Shown one piece after another: positions 20,819-29,301 of a DNA stretch of 64,000 nucleotides. Origin of the DNA: Limnochordia bacterium (GTDB taxonomy: Bacteria > Bacillota > Limnochordia > DTU080); NCBI GenBank assembly GCA_050951545.1, contig JBMNJG010000011.1:128001-192000 (forward strand), given 5' to 3'. The first letter of the stretch is position 1. Each line of letters begins with the position of its first letter. The notes below the pieces were generated by a model, which worked only from the letters and a program-made list of their open reading frames with translations, ran no database searches and was not told where the DNA came from. The position numbers and the translations under genes are program-made.

Positions 20819-21784
20819 ATGCGAAGATCCATGCTATATATGGGGTTCCTTCTGCTGTTAGGCTATGCTTTGCTTGCCTGCGGCGCAGAGGCGAGTCCGT
20901 TTGCTCCGCTGCCCACAGGCCATTGGACTTACGCCGCGCTGTCGCGCCTGTCGGCAAGTGGTCTAGTTGATGTTGGCATCGGTTTTCTCCAACGCGGCGA
21001 CTATGTTGTGTCTCGCTACGAGATGGCGCTTTGGCTGTCCCAGGCGTTGGATGTGCTAAACAGTGGCGAGCCAAGAGTCGTCGATGATGTGTCAGCGCAG
21101 ATAGCTGGTTACAATGCGAAGCATCCAGGGAAGGCTCTGACCACAGATGAAGCACAGGCTCTCACGGACCTTCTGGCTTTTTTGCGTCCAGAGCTTAGAG
21201 ATATGGGCTACATACAGGGTACCTCTCAGATGATCGCCACTACGTTGAGCTCTACGGATGAGGAACGGCAGTTGTTAGAGCTGGGGATGGCTGGTACAGG
21301 CGTGTTGCGCCTGCGTACACGAGGCGAAAGTGCCTCAGATGTCCCGCAGGTAGGCTTGGGGCTATCGCTTGATCTGGGTGATGTCTTGTTCACCGTCGGG
21401 CAGTCAACGAGCACTTATGAGGGGCAACTTGATAGCACTACCGAGTTGGGGCTGAATGTGCGGATGCAGAACGTACAGATCAAGCTGGGTTACAGTGCTC
21501 AGGGTGCTGCTCCTACGCTAAACCCCATCGGGGGGGCTAAGCGCACTGCCAGCGCTGGGTTGGAGTATGTGGTGACTCCAGAGAGCCGTGCCAGTGCCGA
21601 CGTCTCCTACTCGGCGGATGCTGTGGGCAATACCACCACAACAGATTTCGGTCTGCGGTTCAACCAGCAAGGCACGTCGGTCACGTTGGGTTACCGTTTG
21701 GTGGACTTTGCAGGATCGCATCTAGAGCCACATCAGGACGCCCGTGACAACATTGCCACGGCAGAGTTTACCATCCGCTTCTAG
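20819..21784 (+). CDS. SLH-domain protein with C-terminal beta-barrel-like region (OmpM-like outer-membrane tether)
   Basis: Signal peptide; PF..LP.GHW.Y.A...L...GL and SRYEMA SLH motifs; amphipathic beta strands; ends in AEFTIRF (C-terminal Phe). Confidence 0.7.
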   Translation: MRRSMLYMGFLLLLGYALLACGAEASPFAPLPTGHWTYAALSRLSASGLVDVGIGFLQRGDYVVSRYEMALWLSQALDVLNSGEPRVVDDVSAQIAGYNAKHPGKALTTDEAQALTDLLAFLRPELRDMGYIQGTSQMIATTLSSTDEERQLLELGMAGTGVLRLRTRGESASDVPQVGLGLSLDLGDVLFTVGQSTSTYEGQLDSTTELGLNVRMQNVQIKLGYSAQGAAPTLNPIGGAKRTASAGLEYVVTPESRASADVSYSADAVGNTTTTDFGLRFNQQGTSVTLGYRLVDFAGSHLEPHQDARDNIATAEFTIRF

Positions 21785-21886
21785 ATTGGCGCATGAGTAG
21801 AGTAAGCATTCGAGTGCCAGAGTTCGTTGAGAGAGTGTTTGTGTGGCGAGGATGAACCAAAGAAAGATCTTCGGAGGGGTGCTGTG

Positions 21887-22816
21887 ATGTTGCGAAAGAT
21901 AACAGTGGTAGCCTTACTGATGTCTCTGGTGCTGTCAATCACACCGCAGGCGTGGGCCGCGACACCGCTCGAGAGACTGGCGGAGGTCGAGGTGAGCTTG
22001 TTTGGAGCTCCGCAGGCTGGCGCGCTTTTACAGCGTCTCAATCATGCGGAGGCCACGCTTTTTGGAAAACCCGTTGGAAGTCAGGATCCTATCGTTGTCC
22101 GTATTGAGAAGCTGGCCAGGTTGGTGACAGGTAGCGGCGCTTCAGGCGCTTCTCTCATCATGAAGCTCAACGCGGCGGAATGGATGATCTTCCAGGATCA
22201 GACCATGGCCATTCCGCTTTTCGATAGGCTTGAGAAGATCGAAAAAGACGTATACGGAGACCCTAGTCAGGGGATCGGCGTGGAGGAGAGGATTAACGAC
22301 CTGGTGTCGTTGGTATGGCCAGGTGGTGTGCTCAACACAGGTGAGGCACGGCTGTTGCCAGGCACCACAGTCAAAATCAAGTTGCTGACGGAGCTCAGCT
22401 CCACCACTAGTAAGGAAGGTGACCTCGTCCATTATCAGGTCTTGTCTGATGTCAGCCAAGACAACAAGCTGGTTATTCCGACGGGTGCATGCGGTACGGG
22501 CGTCGTTCAGAAGGTAAAGAAGGCCGGGCCTTTCGGACAGGAGGGTCAGGTTGGTATTGATTTTGGTTCCCTTAGAGCTATTGATGGCACTCTTATTCCC
22601 ATGACGTTCCAGCCAAGGTCAGCAAGCGGGGTAGGCCAGGGTGAGCTCGCTGCTGGTGCCAGCTTGGGCGGTATGGTGCTTCTCGGTCCGCTTGGGCTTG
22701 CGGCTGGCTATCTTGTGCAGGGGAAGGCCCAGAGCATTCCTGTAGGCACTGAGCTGACTGTCGAGGTCAAGGATGCTGTGACGGTTAGGGCACTGTCGTT
22801 GCTTCCATTGCAGTGA
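21887..22816 (+). CDS. Secreted conserved hypothetical protein (repeated RL..LE...G helical units, then a beta domain)
   Basis: Signal peptide ending in AWA; repeats ERLAEVE..LFG, QRLNHAE..LFG and DRLEKIE..VYG; ELSS...KEGD and IP.GT motifs. Confidence 0.65.
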   Translation: MLRKITVVALLMSLVLSITPQAWAATPLERLAEVEVSLFGAPQAGALLQRLNHAEATLFGKPVGSQDPIVVRIEKLARLVTGSGASGASLIMKLNAAEWMIFQDQTMAIPLFDRLEKIEKDVYGDPSQGIGVEERINDLVSLVWPGGVLNTGEARLLPGTTVKIKLLTELSSTTSKEGDLVHYQVLSDVSQDNKLVIPTGACGTGVVQKVKKAGPFGQEGQVGIDFGSLRAIDGTLIPMTFQPRSASGVGQGELAAGASLGGMVLLGPLGLAAGYLVQGKAQSIPVGTELTVEVKDAVTVRALSLLPLQ

Positions 22817-22833
22817 GTGATGGGTCCTGACTG

Positions 22834-22870
22834 GCCGGGGTCGCAGCGATGGTTGCGGTCCCGGCTTTTC
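22834..22870 (+). terminator. Rho-independent terminator
   Basis: GCCGGGGTCGCAGC-gatg-GTTGCGGTCCCGGC followed by TTTT. Confidence 0.7.
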
Positions 22871-22952
22871 GCGGAAGTACGCGCAGGAGAGCAGAGTCAG
22901 CCTGACAGCGGTCTTTGGAGCACTTTGATGAGTCCTTTTGGGAGTGACGGAA

Positions 22953-23876
22953 ATGCAGATCATCCAGATACCTCTCAGCTTGGTGCAGGAAGACCCACAG
23001 CATGTTCGGCTCAGTTCTGACCCGAAGGGGATCGAGAACTTAGCGAAATCAATGAATGATGTTGGCCTTCTTCACCCCATTTTGGTAAGGAAGGTAGCCC
23101 ACGGCTATCAGCTTGTGGCGGGTCAGAGACGGTTGAGGGCCGCGTCTAGGTTAGGGTATGAGTCTGTACCAGCCATCGTGCTAGAACCTGGCGTGCCAGT
23201 GCGGCAGGTGCAACTGGTTGAGAATCTGCAGCGCGAGGATCTTGATCCGGTAGAGCGGGCGTTGGCCATCAACCAGTTCATGATGGCAGAAAAACTGACC
23301 AAGGTGGCCGCAGCGGAGCGATTGGGGGTACCACGCACGACACTTACTGAGTGGCTAAATGTTCTCGAGGTTCCCGAGCGTTACCAGAAGGCTCTCGTCG
23401 AGAATTTTCGCGGTGGCGACTCTGCGCTCACGGTCTCGCATGTCTCGGAAGCGAAAGGTTTGGCGAGTCGTTTGCGTAGCCCTGGTCTTTGCACAATCGT
23501 GCTTGACGCTGTACTCGACTACAGGCTAAGCAAGGCTGAGACGCGTGAGGTCTGCGCCCTAGTACGGGAGAGCATGGATCTAAGTGTCGACGAGGCTGTG
23601 CTGGTGGTGCGTCGACCCTCTGAGATAAGCCGGCTGAGCGATGACTTGGGAGACGGGCGTTTAGCAGTAGAGCGCAATCTCGACAGATGGAGGTATGCAC
23701 TGGAGCGTTCCACAACCACGTTGCTGGAGCTCGGGCGAATCTCACCGCGCTACCTGGCGCCAAACGAACGTCGGCGTCTGGTAGACAGGTTGCAGCACTT
23801 GCAGGAACTCGTGGAGGGCGCGCTGCAGCAGATGGCCGAAGAACGAGACGTGCGGAGAGCGGGTAAGGTCTCTTAA
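22953..23876 (+). CDS. ParB/Spo0J-family CTPase with HTH (orphan, no adjacent parA)
   Basis: GLLHPILVR, YQLVAGQRRLRA, VENLQREDL and HTH AAERLGVPRTTL. Confidence 0.88.
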   Translation: MQIIQIPLSLVQEDPQHVRLSSDPKGIENLAKSMNDVGLLHPILVRKVAHGYQLVAGQRRLRAASRLGYESVPAIVLEPGVPVRQVQLVENLQREDLDPVERALAINQFMMAEKLTKVAAAERLGVPRTTLTEWLNVLEVPERYQKALVENFRGGDSALTVSHVSEAKGLASRLRSPGLCTIVLDAVLDYRLSKAETREVCALVRESMDLSVDEAVLVVRRPSEISRLSDDLGDGRLAVERNLDRWRYALERSTTTLLELGRISPRYLAPNERRRLVDRLQHLQELVEGALQQMAEERDVRRAGKVS

Positions 23877-23911
23877 GGACGCGTGTGCGCATGTCTTCAG
23901 GCAAGCATGTA

Positions 23912-23937
23912 AGCCCCTCATGGTTTGCTGAGGGGCT
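23912..23937. terminator. Hairpin after the parB-like gene
   Basis: AGCCCCTCA...TGAGGGGCT 9-bp stem. Confidence 0.65.
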
Positions 23938-23968
23938 GTCTTATCTGCCACGGGGTGTTCTCTGAGTT

Positions 23969-24256
23969 TCAGGACCGAAGTTTCGGTTGCTCTTCGGTCG
24001 TCATCCGCTCTTCGGCCAACCCGGCTGAGATCAGCAGATACTTGGGGTCCACGCCCAGTGCTTCAGCAATACGGCAGATAATCGGTCTCGGAGGGACAAA
24101 GCCCTGCATGATATGATCGATGGTGGAGACTGACAAATCAGCGTGATCCTCTAGATAGGACCAGGGGTGACGGTCATCAGTAAGGTAGACATTGAGCACT
24201 TCAAGAAACGTTGATCCAAGAGGAGGCGTAGGGCCGCGTAGAGCGGGCGGTCGCAA
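23969..24256 (-). CDS. XRE-like HTH domain ORF (possibly a C-terminal fragment)
   Basis: ADLSVSTIDHIMQG..PP...I.RIAEALGVDP.YLL..AG; no clear RBS, and the start lies inside the upstream ORF. Confidence 0.6.
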   Translation of the reverse strand: MRPPALRGPTPPLGSTFLEVLNVYLTDDRHPWSYLEDHADLSVSTIDHIMQGFVPPRPIICRIAEALGVDPKYLLISAGLAEERMTTEEQPKLRS

Positions 24257-24839
24257 AAACGGCTAAGTAGCGGGTATCGTTGAGCGGACGACTCATAATC
24301 TCATCAACGACCTGGCTGGCTTTTTTCACAAACCGGCGGCTGACAGCACTGCGTGACATACCCGAGGTACGTATGTAATCTGGTATGGATGCGACAGTGT
24401 CTACGGTGGACTTGTAGGCTCGAGTGGATATCCCTTCGTGCAGCAAAAGCAGGGCCGTCATATCCAAAGCGGTGTGCTCTCGCGCCCATCGATAACTGGC
24501 TAACTCGAACTCCGTTTTGTTGTCCAGGCTACGTACTCGGGGGCGATCGATTTCGATTTTACGGCCATGCATAACGACGTACCCACTGGTGTAGCCGTGG
24601 CGCTTTCCAGTGCGGTTCTTGCAGTGCTTACCTTTAGCCGCTCCGGCCAGTCGATCGGCCTCAAGATCCATCTCTTCTTCGATGTGTTCTAAAACAAGCT
24701 CCACTGACAGTTTAGCCATGGCGTCGCTGGTCTGCGACTTTAGCTCACTAAAGCTCATTTTGGCAGCTTCCCGCTTCATACGGCGATGTTCGCCACGCGT
24801 AGTGCTTCCATTCTGCGATGCATCCTGATATACTGACAT
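24201..24839 (-). pseudogene. IS256 (Mutator) transposase, N-terminal half only
   Basis: RHG...GYVV..GRK....RPRVR, GISTR.Y, SRSAVSRRF and SRPL....YLAVF; similarity ends just before the first catalytic Asp. GGAGG RBS present. Confidence 0.8.
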
Positions 24840-24902
24840 TGTAAGACCTCCAGGAGGATCGTATTACAATTGGGGTTGTGTGCGGTCCTTCTGTTCTTTT
24901 GT

Positions 24903-25673
24903 CTAATCGGTACCTTCTTCGCATTGGAGCGGCGCGTATCCTGCGCCGTTTTTCAGTAACAGCTCCACCAAATCTGGTAGCGCCCTATGGCCACGGAGCC
25001 GATGCGAACGCTCTAGCCATGGTCCTATACCGGGGATAATCGCTTCCAAGCCGGACGCGGATCTGTTACCCATTTGGTTTGCTTGCTCCCATACCACGCG
25101 CAATGGGCCGATGGTCTGTAGCTGCCGTCGCAAGGTAGGTTCGACACGCATATAGGCCACATTAAGAGCTGGCTGGAAGCTTCGGTGCAGCCGCGAAGCC
25201 GCCCCGGGATGGTTGACCTCAAAACGATTGAGAAGTCGCCGCAGAGCTTCTTTCGCATGCGGAGCGGGTTCTTTTTGCACCGCGTCGATGCTGTCCTTGA
25301 TCAGGGGATGCAGTTCAGCAGGTGTGTGATCCTGGAGATCCGAGCGAAGCTGCACTAAGCAATGCTGAAGATACGCTTGCCCTTTCCAGATCTGTTGCGT
25401 CGCCTCATCGAGGCGAGGGTTTCCCTCTGTCACCACAAGCAGGCCATTTCTTGCAGACAGATCTCGCCGGGCAACGTCAAGCAAAAGCGTGACCAAATCC
25501 GCATCATCACGGCCGCCAAGAATGTGTTTTTGGCCATGCAAATCCACGCCTAGAGCCAGGCTGGCCCATCTACCTCGAATCTGTCGGGCGCCGATGAAAA
25601 CGACTGGATAGCTTCGATCGTTGAGACGCATCGTAGAGACCTGTGGCCACGAAAATGGAATGCTCGCACCCAA
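24903..25673 (-). CDS. IS256-transposase-like DDE/C-terminal domain with catalytic residues substituted
   Basis: RLNDRSYPVVFIGA, LALGVD..G.KHILG, LLVVTEG, QHCLVQ, HPGAASRL and RLRGHRALP.L align by eye to IS256 transposases. Start uncertain. Confidence 0.7.
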   Translation of the reverse strand: MGASIPFSWPQVSTMRLNDRSYPVVFIGARQIRGRWASLALGVDLHGQKHILGGRDDADLVTLLLDVARRDLSARNGLLVVTEGNPRLDEATQQIWKGQAYLQHCLVQLRSDLQDHTPAELHPLIKDSIDAVQKEPAPHAKEALRRLLNRFEVNHPGAASRLHRSFQPALNVAYMRVEPTLRRQLQTIGPLRVVWEQANQMGNRSASGLEAIIPGIGPWLERSHRLRGHRALPDLVELLLKNGAGYAPLQCEEGTD

Positions 25674-25750
25674 CGAGCCACGAGTTTTAGCTTTTGGGTT
25701 GCTCAGCTTTTGGCCATCCTTGTTCGGGACGCTCGGCGTGGGCGCGACCC

Positions 25751-26035
25751 CTACAGGCGGCGGTCACGAACGCCGTCATCGTAACTCGTGTCGCAAGTGC
25801 ATCCTGCCAGGAATGAGGCTGGGATAAAGAACTCCGGTGAGCGGTTCAAGCGCTTACCCATCACAAGCAGCGTAATCAGCGACGGAAGTTTCCTGCCGCG
25901 TTCCACATCACTGATGAACGCCTGTGATTTCCCCACCTCCCGGGCAAGTTCAACTCCGGTCAGCCCAGCTTCCATTCGCGCGCGACGTACTCGCTTTCCG
26001 ATGTGCCGTGCTAGTTTTTCACTTGGCTCATCCAT
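25751..26035 (-). CDS. XRE-family HTH transcriptional regulator
   Basis: IGKRVRRAR..AGLT..ELA..VGKSQAFISDVERG.KLPSL; extended -10 upstream. Confidence 0.88.
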   Translation of the reverse strand: MDEPSEKLARHIGKRVRRARMEAGLTGVELAREVGKSQAFISDVERGRKLPSLITLLVMGKRLNRSPEFFIPASFLAGCTCDTSYDDGVRDRRL

Positions 26036-26070
26036 CAACTTCGCACCTACCTGGTTAGCCCTTTTCATCA

Positions 26071-26151
26071 ATTATAACATGCCGTAGGGACAGAGTGCGA
26101 GAGAGCAGTAACTGGAGTTGGGAGTCCATAGAGCTCCTTTCGTGATATAAT
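26071..26151. promoter_or_regulatory. Back-to-back extended -10 sigmaA promoters
   Basis: TGtTATAAT on the minus strand at 26071-26079 and TGaTATAAT on the plus strand at 26143-26151. Confidence 0.6.
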
Positions 26152-26174
26152 GAAATGACGACTACACGGGGTGA

Positions 26175-26456
26175 GTGCTGATGGCCATGATGCGTATTCG
26201 GGATAATGTGGAAGCGGAGAAGCCGGTACGGGGCACGGTTGTAGCCACACTCGACGATATCGAGGCGGCTGCGCTCCGTGAGATCGCTATCCTCTATGAA
26301 GCTGTCCGGATGAGTCACATCACCCTGACCTTGGCTAAGGAGCTTGCTGAGAAGAAAGCGGACTGGTGGGAGACTGTGTGCGTGAAGTATGGTCTGCCGC
26401 ACACCTGGCCATTGGGTGCTGACTATGTGGAGAAGGTTGTCTACATTCACAGCTAA
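26175..26456 (+). CDS. Small hypothetical protein
   Basis: 93-aa ORF with a GGGGTG RBS, an upstream promoter and a downstream terminator. Confidence 0.7.
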   Translation: MLMAMMRIRDNVEAEKPVRGTVVATLDDIEAAALREIAILYEAVRMSHITLTLAKELAEKKADWWETVCVKYGLPHTWPLGADYVEKVVYIHS

Positions 26457-26480
26457 GGCCGGGTGCTTTCTGAGCATAGG

Positions 26481-26525
26481 AAAAAGCGAGGAGCGAAGGG
26501 TCGATGTTCGCTGTCCTCGCTTTTT
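26481..26525. terminator. Bidirectional terminator
   Basis: AAAAAGCGAGGA...TCCTCGCTTTTT between convergent genes. Confidence 0.8.
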
Positions 26526-26539
26526 GCTGTTGTGGAACG

Positions 26540-28324
26540 TTACGCAAGGTAACCGTACACGCTCTCATCCGGTTCGGAGCTCGGCGTCGGCGGTAATTCC
26601 ACGGGTACCATGTCGTCAAGCTCTTCCTCGTCAGTGCTAACTGCCACTTGGTCACGCTCGGGGTAGATGCTTTCCTCAATGGGTGGCGGCTCCGCATTGC
26701 CGGAGAGAGGCGGGTAATGCTCAGCAAGCCTCAGCAATTCGTCACCGGTCAACTCATCACAGGCTAAGAGCTGTTCAGCAATCACATGGACCAAGTCAGC
26801 GTGATCAGCCAGCAGCCTGGCAACCTGCTCTTTTTGGTGCTCCAGGAGACAATTGATACGTCTACGCAGATCGGGGCTGGGGCTCCTCTCTGCAAGGGCG
26901 GTGTAGGAGTACAAAGTGCCGCCCATGCCATAGAGCCCGATGTAGGCTGAGGCTAGCTCTGTTGCCTGCTTGAGATCCATGGAGGCCCCGCTGGTCTTGG
27001 TGTTGAGGAACATCTCTTCTGCAGCCCGCGCAGCCAGAGCCACCTGGATGTCTGCAAGAATCTCCGCAGCCGTTTGGGTGTGTGTTTCCACCACTGGTTT
27101 GGTCGCCGAAAGACCTAAAGCTCGCCCGTGGCGGATAATGGTCGTTTTGACTACACGGTCATTTGGCTTGAGCCGAAGCTGCGCCACGGCATGACCCGCC
27201 TCGTGGTAGGAAAGACGTCGGCGCTCTTCCGTGGTCATCGATTTGATGGGTTGCTTGAGCCCCCATTCATGTACTTCGCGCGCATAGGTGATGTCATCAT
27301 AGGTCACGGATCCGCGGTTTTCGAAGTGTGCGCGAATCACAGCCTCGTTGATGACGTGTTTGATCTTCACGGGCGTATAGCCGATCATATCGCTCGCCAG
27401 GCGATCCAGGCTGATGGATGGGCTGTGGCGCACCTTGTCTAGGTAGTACTCGATCACTTCCTTGCGCCCATCGTAGTCAGGTACTTCGACGATCACCTGG
27501 CGGTCAAAGCGCCCAGGTCGCAGTAGAGCTGAGTCGAGTGCTTCTGGCAGGTTGGTGGCCCCAATAGTTAGCACGACCGGCTGTGGGCCGGGTTTGGGTC
27601 GCATTCCGAAGCGTCGCAGAATCTTGGCCCACAGGCGGTACTCCAGATTTGGAGGATCCATTTGGAGGAGCAGTTCATTGAGGAGTCCCAGGCCAGCGCC
27701 AAACATGCCCATGGTGCTGCTGCCCATCGTGCCACTGCGGCGGACACCTATGGCGTCGAGTTCATCAATGAATATGATTGCGGCTCCATGCTCTAGAGCC
27801 AGTTTGCGAGCCTTCTTGTAGAGCATCATTATGCGCAGATTGCCTACACCGAAAAACATGTTCTGAAAAGAGGGCGCAGAGGCGTAGGCGAAAGGCAAAT
27901 CAGCCTCTGTAGCGATGGCCATAGCCAGATACGATTTCCCTGTGCCGGGCGGGCCGACCAACAGAAGACCTTTGGATACCTCGCCGCCCATGTCCTTAAA
28001 CTTCTTCTGGCCTTTGAGCAGCGTCACGATCCGTGCTGAAGCCTCTAAGACCTGGTCGTTCCCCTTATAGTCCGCAAAGGTGACTTGGGTCTCACCAGCC
28101 TTAAGCCAGTATACGCGGGCTCGGCCCATGAACCAGAAGATGGCCACGAACTGCATGATTGCCATCAGCATGACAAAGAGCAGATTGAGTAGCGATCGGG
28201 TGACCATCACTGTGTAGGCAAAGGTAGTATGTGGGGCAGCATAATAACCGTATAAATAGGCGACCACAAGAGAAATGAGAAGAACGTGCCTGAGTCGAAT
28301 CCTAAGCCGTGTTCTTTTCGCCAA
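26540..28324 (-). CDS. FtsH-like membrane AAA+ ATPase / M41 zinc metalloprotease paralog
   Basis: Two N-terminal TMs, GPPGTGKS, IIFIDE, ALLRPGRFDR, HEAGH, RAAEE and GASMDL. Confidence 0.88.
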   Translation of the reverse strand: MAKRTRLRIRLRHVLLISLVVAYLYGYYAAPHTTFAYTVMVTRSLLNLLFVMLMAIMQFVAIFWFMGRARVYWLKAGETQVTFADYKGNDQVLEASARIVTLLKGQKKFKDMGGEVSKGLLLVGPPGTGKSYLAMAIATEADLPFAYASAPSFQNMFFGVGNLRIMMLYKKARKLALEHGAAIIFIDELDAIGVRRSGTMGSSTMGMFGAGLGLLNELLLQMDPPNLEYRLWAKILRRFGMRPKPGPQPVVLTIGATNLPEALDSALLRPGRFDRQVIVEVPDYDGRKEVIEYYLDKVRHSPSISLDRLASDMIGYTPVKIKHVINEAVIRAHFENRGSVTYDDITYAREVHEWGLKQPIKSMTTEERRRLSYHEAGHAVAQLRLKPNDRVVKTTIIRHGRALGLSATKPVVETHTQTAAEILADIQVALAARAAEEMFLNTKTSGASMDLKQATELASAYIGLYGMGGTLYSYTALAERSPSPDLRRRINCLLEHQKEQVARLLADHADLVHVIAEQLLACDELTGDELLRLAEHYPPLSGNAEPPPIEESIYPERDQVAVSTDEEELDDMVPVELPPTPSSEPDESVYGYLA

Positions 28325-28457
28325 GCAGTTTCACCTCAATGTACCAGCAGATGTGCAGCCCTCACCTAGTATACATGACGGTCCCGGGCGTTTCCTGCCC
28401 GGAGCTTCTCAGCAGTTAGTCCCCCTACAGGGTATATCTGGGTTGCGCAGGATCACG

Positions 28458-29183
28458 CTACATTGAGGTGGCGTTTTCTAGAGCTCTGGCATACTCATCA
28501 ACCGCTGGCATATCAGCGGATCGGGCGTGGGCTACCGCGTCTTGCCAGCGGTAGGGGACGCGTCGCAGCTCCAGTGAGGTGACGCCACAGCTCACTCTGA
28601 GAAGAAGATAGGCTGCTCGGTTGTCGCCGTCTGTGGGATGCCCGACACTGCCAGCATTGACGACAATGCGGCCCCCCACCTGACGGACATAGGGGCTGTG
28701 GATATGCCCATAAATGACCATGTCGGCAGTATGGTTAGTCACTAGAGGCACTAGTTCATCCTCAGAGAGAGACGAGGGCAGCCAAGCTTCTGTGCTGGAG
28801 GGGGAAGAGTGGAAAAAAAGGACCTCTTGCTGACCAAGAAGTAGGGAATGGCTAAAAGGAGCGTTGCCAAGTCTCTGGAGATGCGTATCTTGCAGCCGTT
28901 GCATGCCCCACTCGCGGAAACGAATGAGTTGCTGCATGCGTTCTGCCGAGGGAGCAAAACCCTTCGGAAAACCCTGGAAGAGCCATTGATCAGTATTGCC
29001 TACCACCTGGATTCCAGGCAGGCAGGCAACTGCCTCCACACATTCAGCGGGCTGTGGCCCTCGGAAAGCAACATCACCCAGACAGATCCAGGTGGCAACA
29101 CCCTGATTGCTGCCGTCTGCGATCACGGCTTCGAGAGCTGCAAGATTGCCGTGAACGTCTCCGAAAACGCCGATCAGCACCAC
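28458..29183 (-). CDS. Metallophosphoesterase family protein
   Basis: GDVHGN, CLGD, GNTD, GHIH and NAGSVG. Confidence 0.9.
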   Translation of the reverse strand: MVLIGVFGDVHGNLAALEAVIADGSNQGVATWICLGDVAFRGPQPAECVEAVACLPGIQVVGNTDQWLFQGFPKGFAPSAERMQQLIRFREWGMQRLQDTHLQRLGNAPFSHSLLLGQQEVLFFHSSPSSTEAWLPSSLSEDELVPLVTNHTADMVIYGHIHSPYVRQVGGRIVVNAGSVGHPTDGDNRAAYLLLRVSCGVTSLELRRVPYRWQDAVAHARSADMPAVDEYARALENATSM

Positions 29184-29231
29184 GGTGCCCCCTTGCCAAG
29201 TAGAGAATAAGCAACGTTCGCTATCCTGGTG

Positions 29232-29260
29232 ATCATACCTGACTGACATAGTGATGTCAA
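29232..29260 (-). promoter_or_regulatory. SigmaA promoter overlapped by a palindromic operator
   Basis: TTGACA-17-TATGAT on the minus strand; TGACAT-N4-ATGTCA at 29244-29259. Confidence 0.75.
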
Positions 29261-29301
29261 CGGCAAGGGGATCACACGCATGGCCTGCAACCCGGGCATC
29301 G

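Larger units (their letters stand above)
23958..26164 (-). mobile_element. Degenerate or domesticated IS256-family-derived cassette with two XRE-HTH ORFs
   Basis: Two transposase-derived ORFs and two HTH ORFs; 9-bp direct repeat CACGGGGTG at 23949-23957 and 26165-26173. No convincing TIR, so the boundaries are tentative. Confidence 0.5.
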
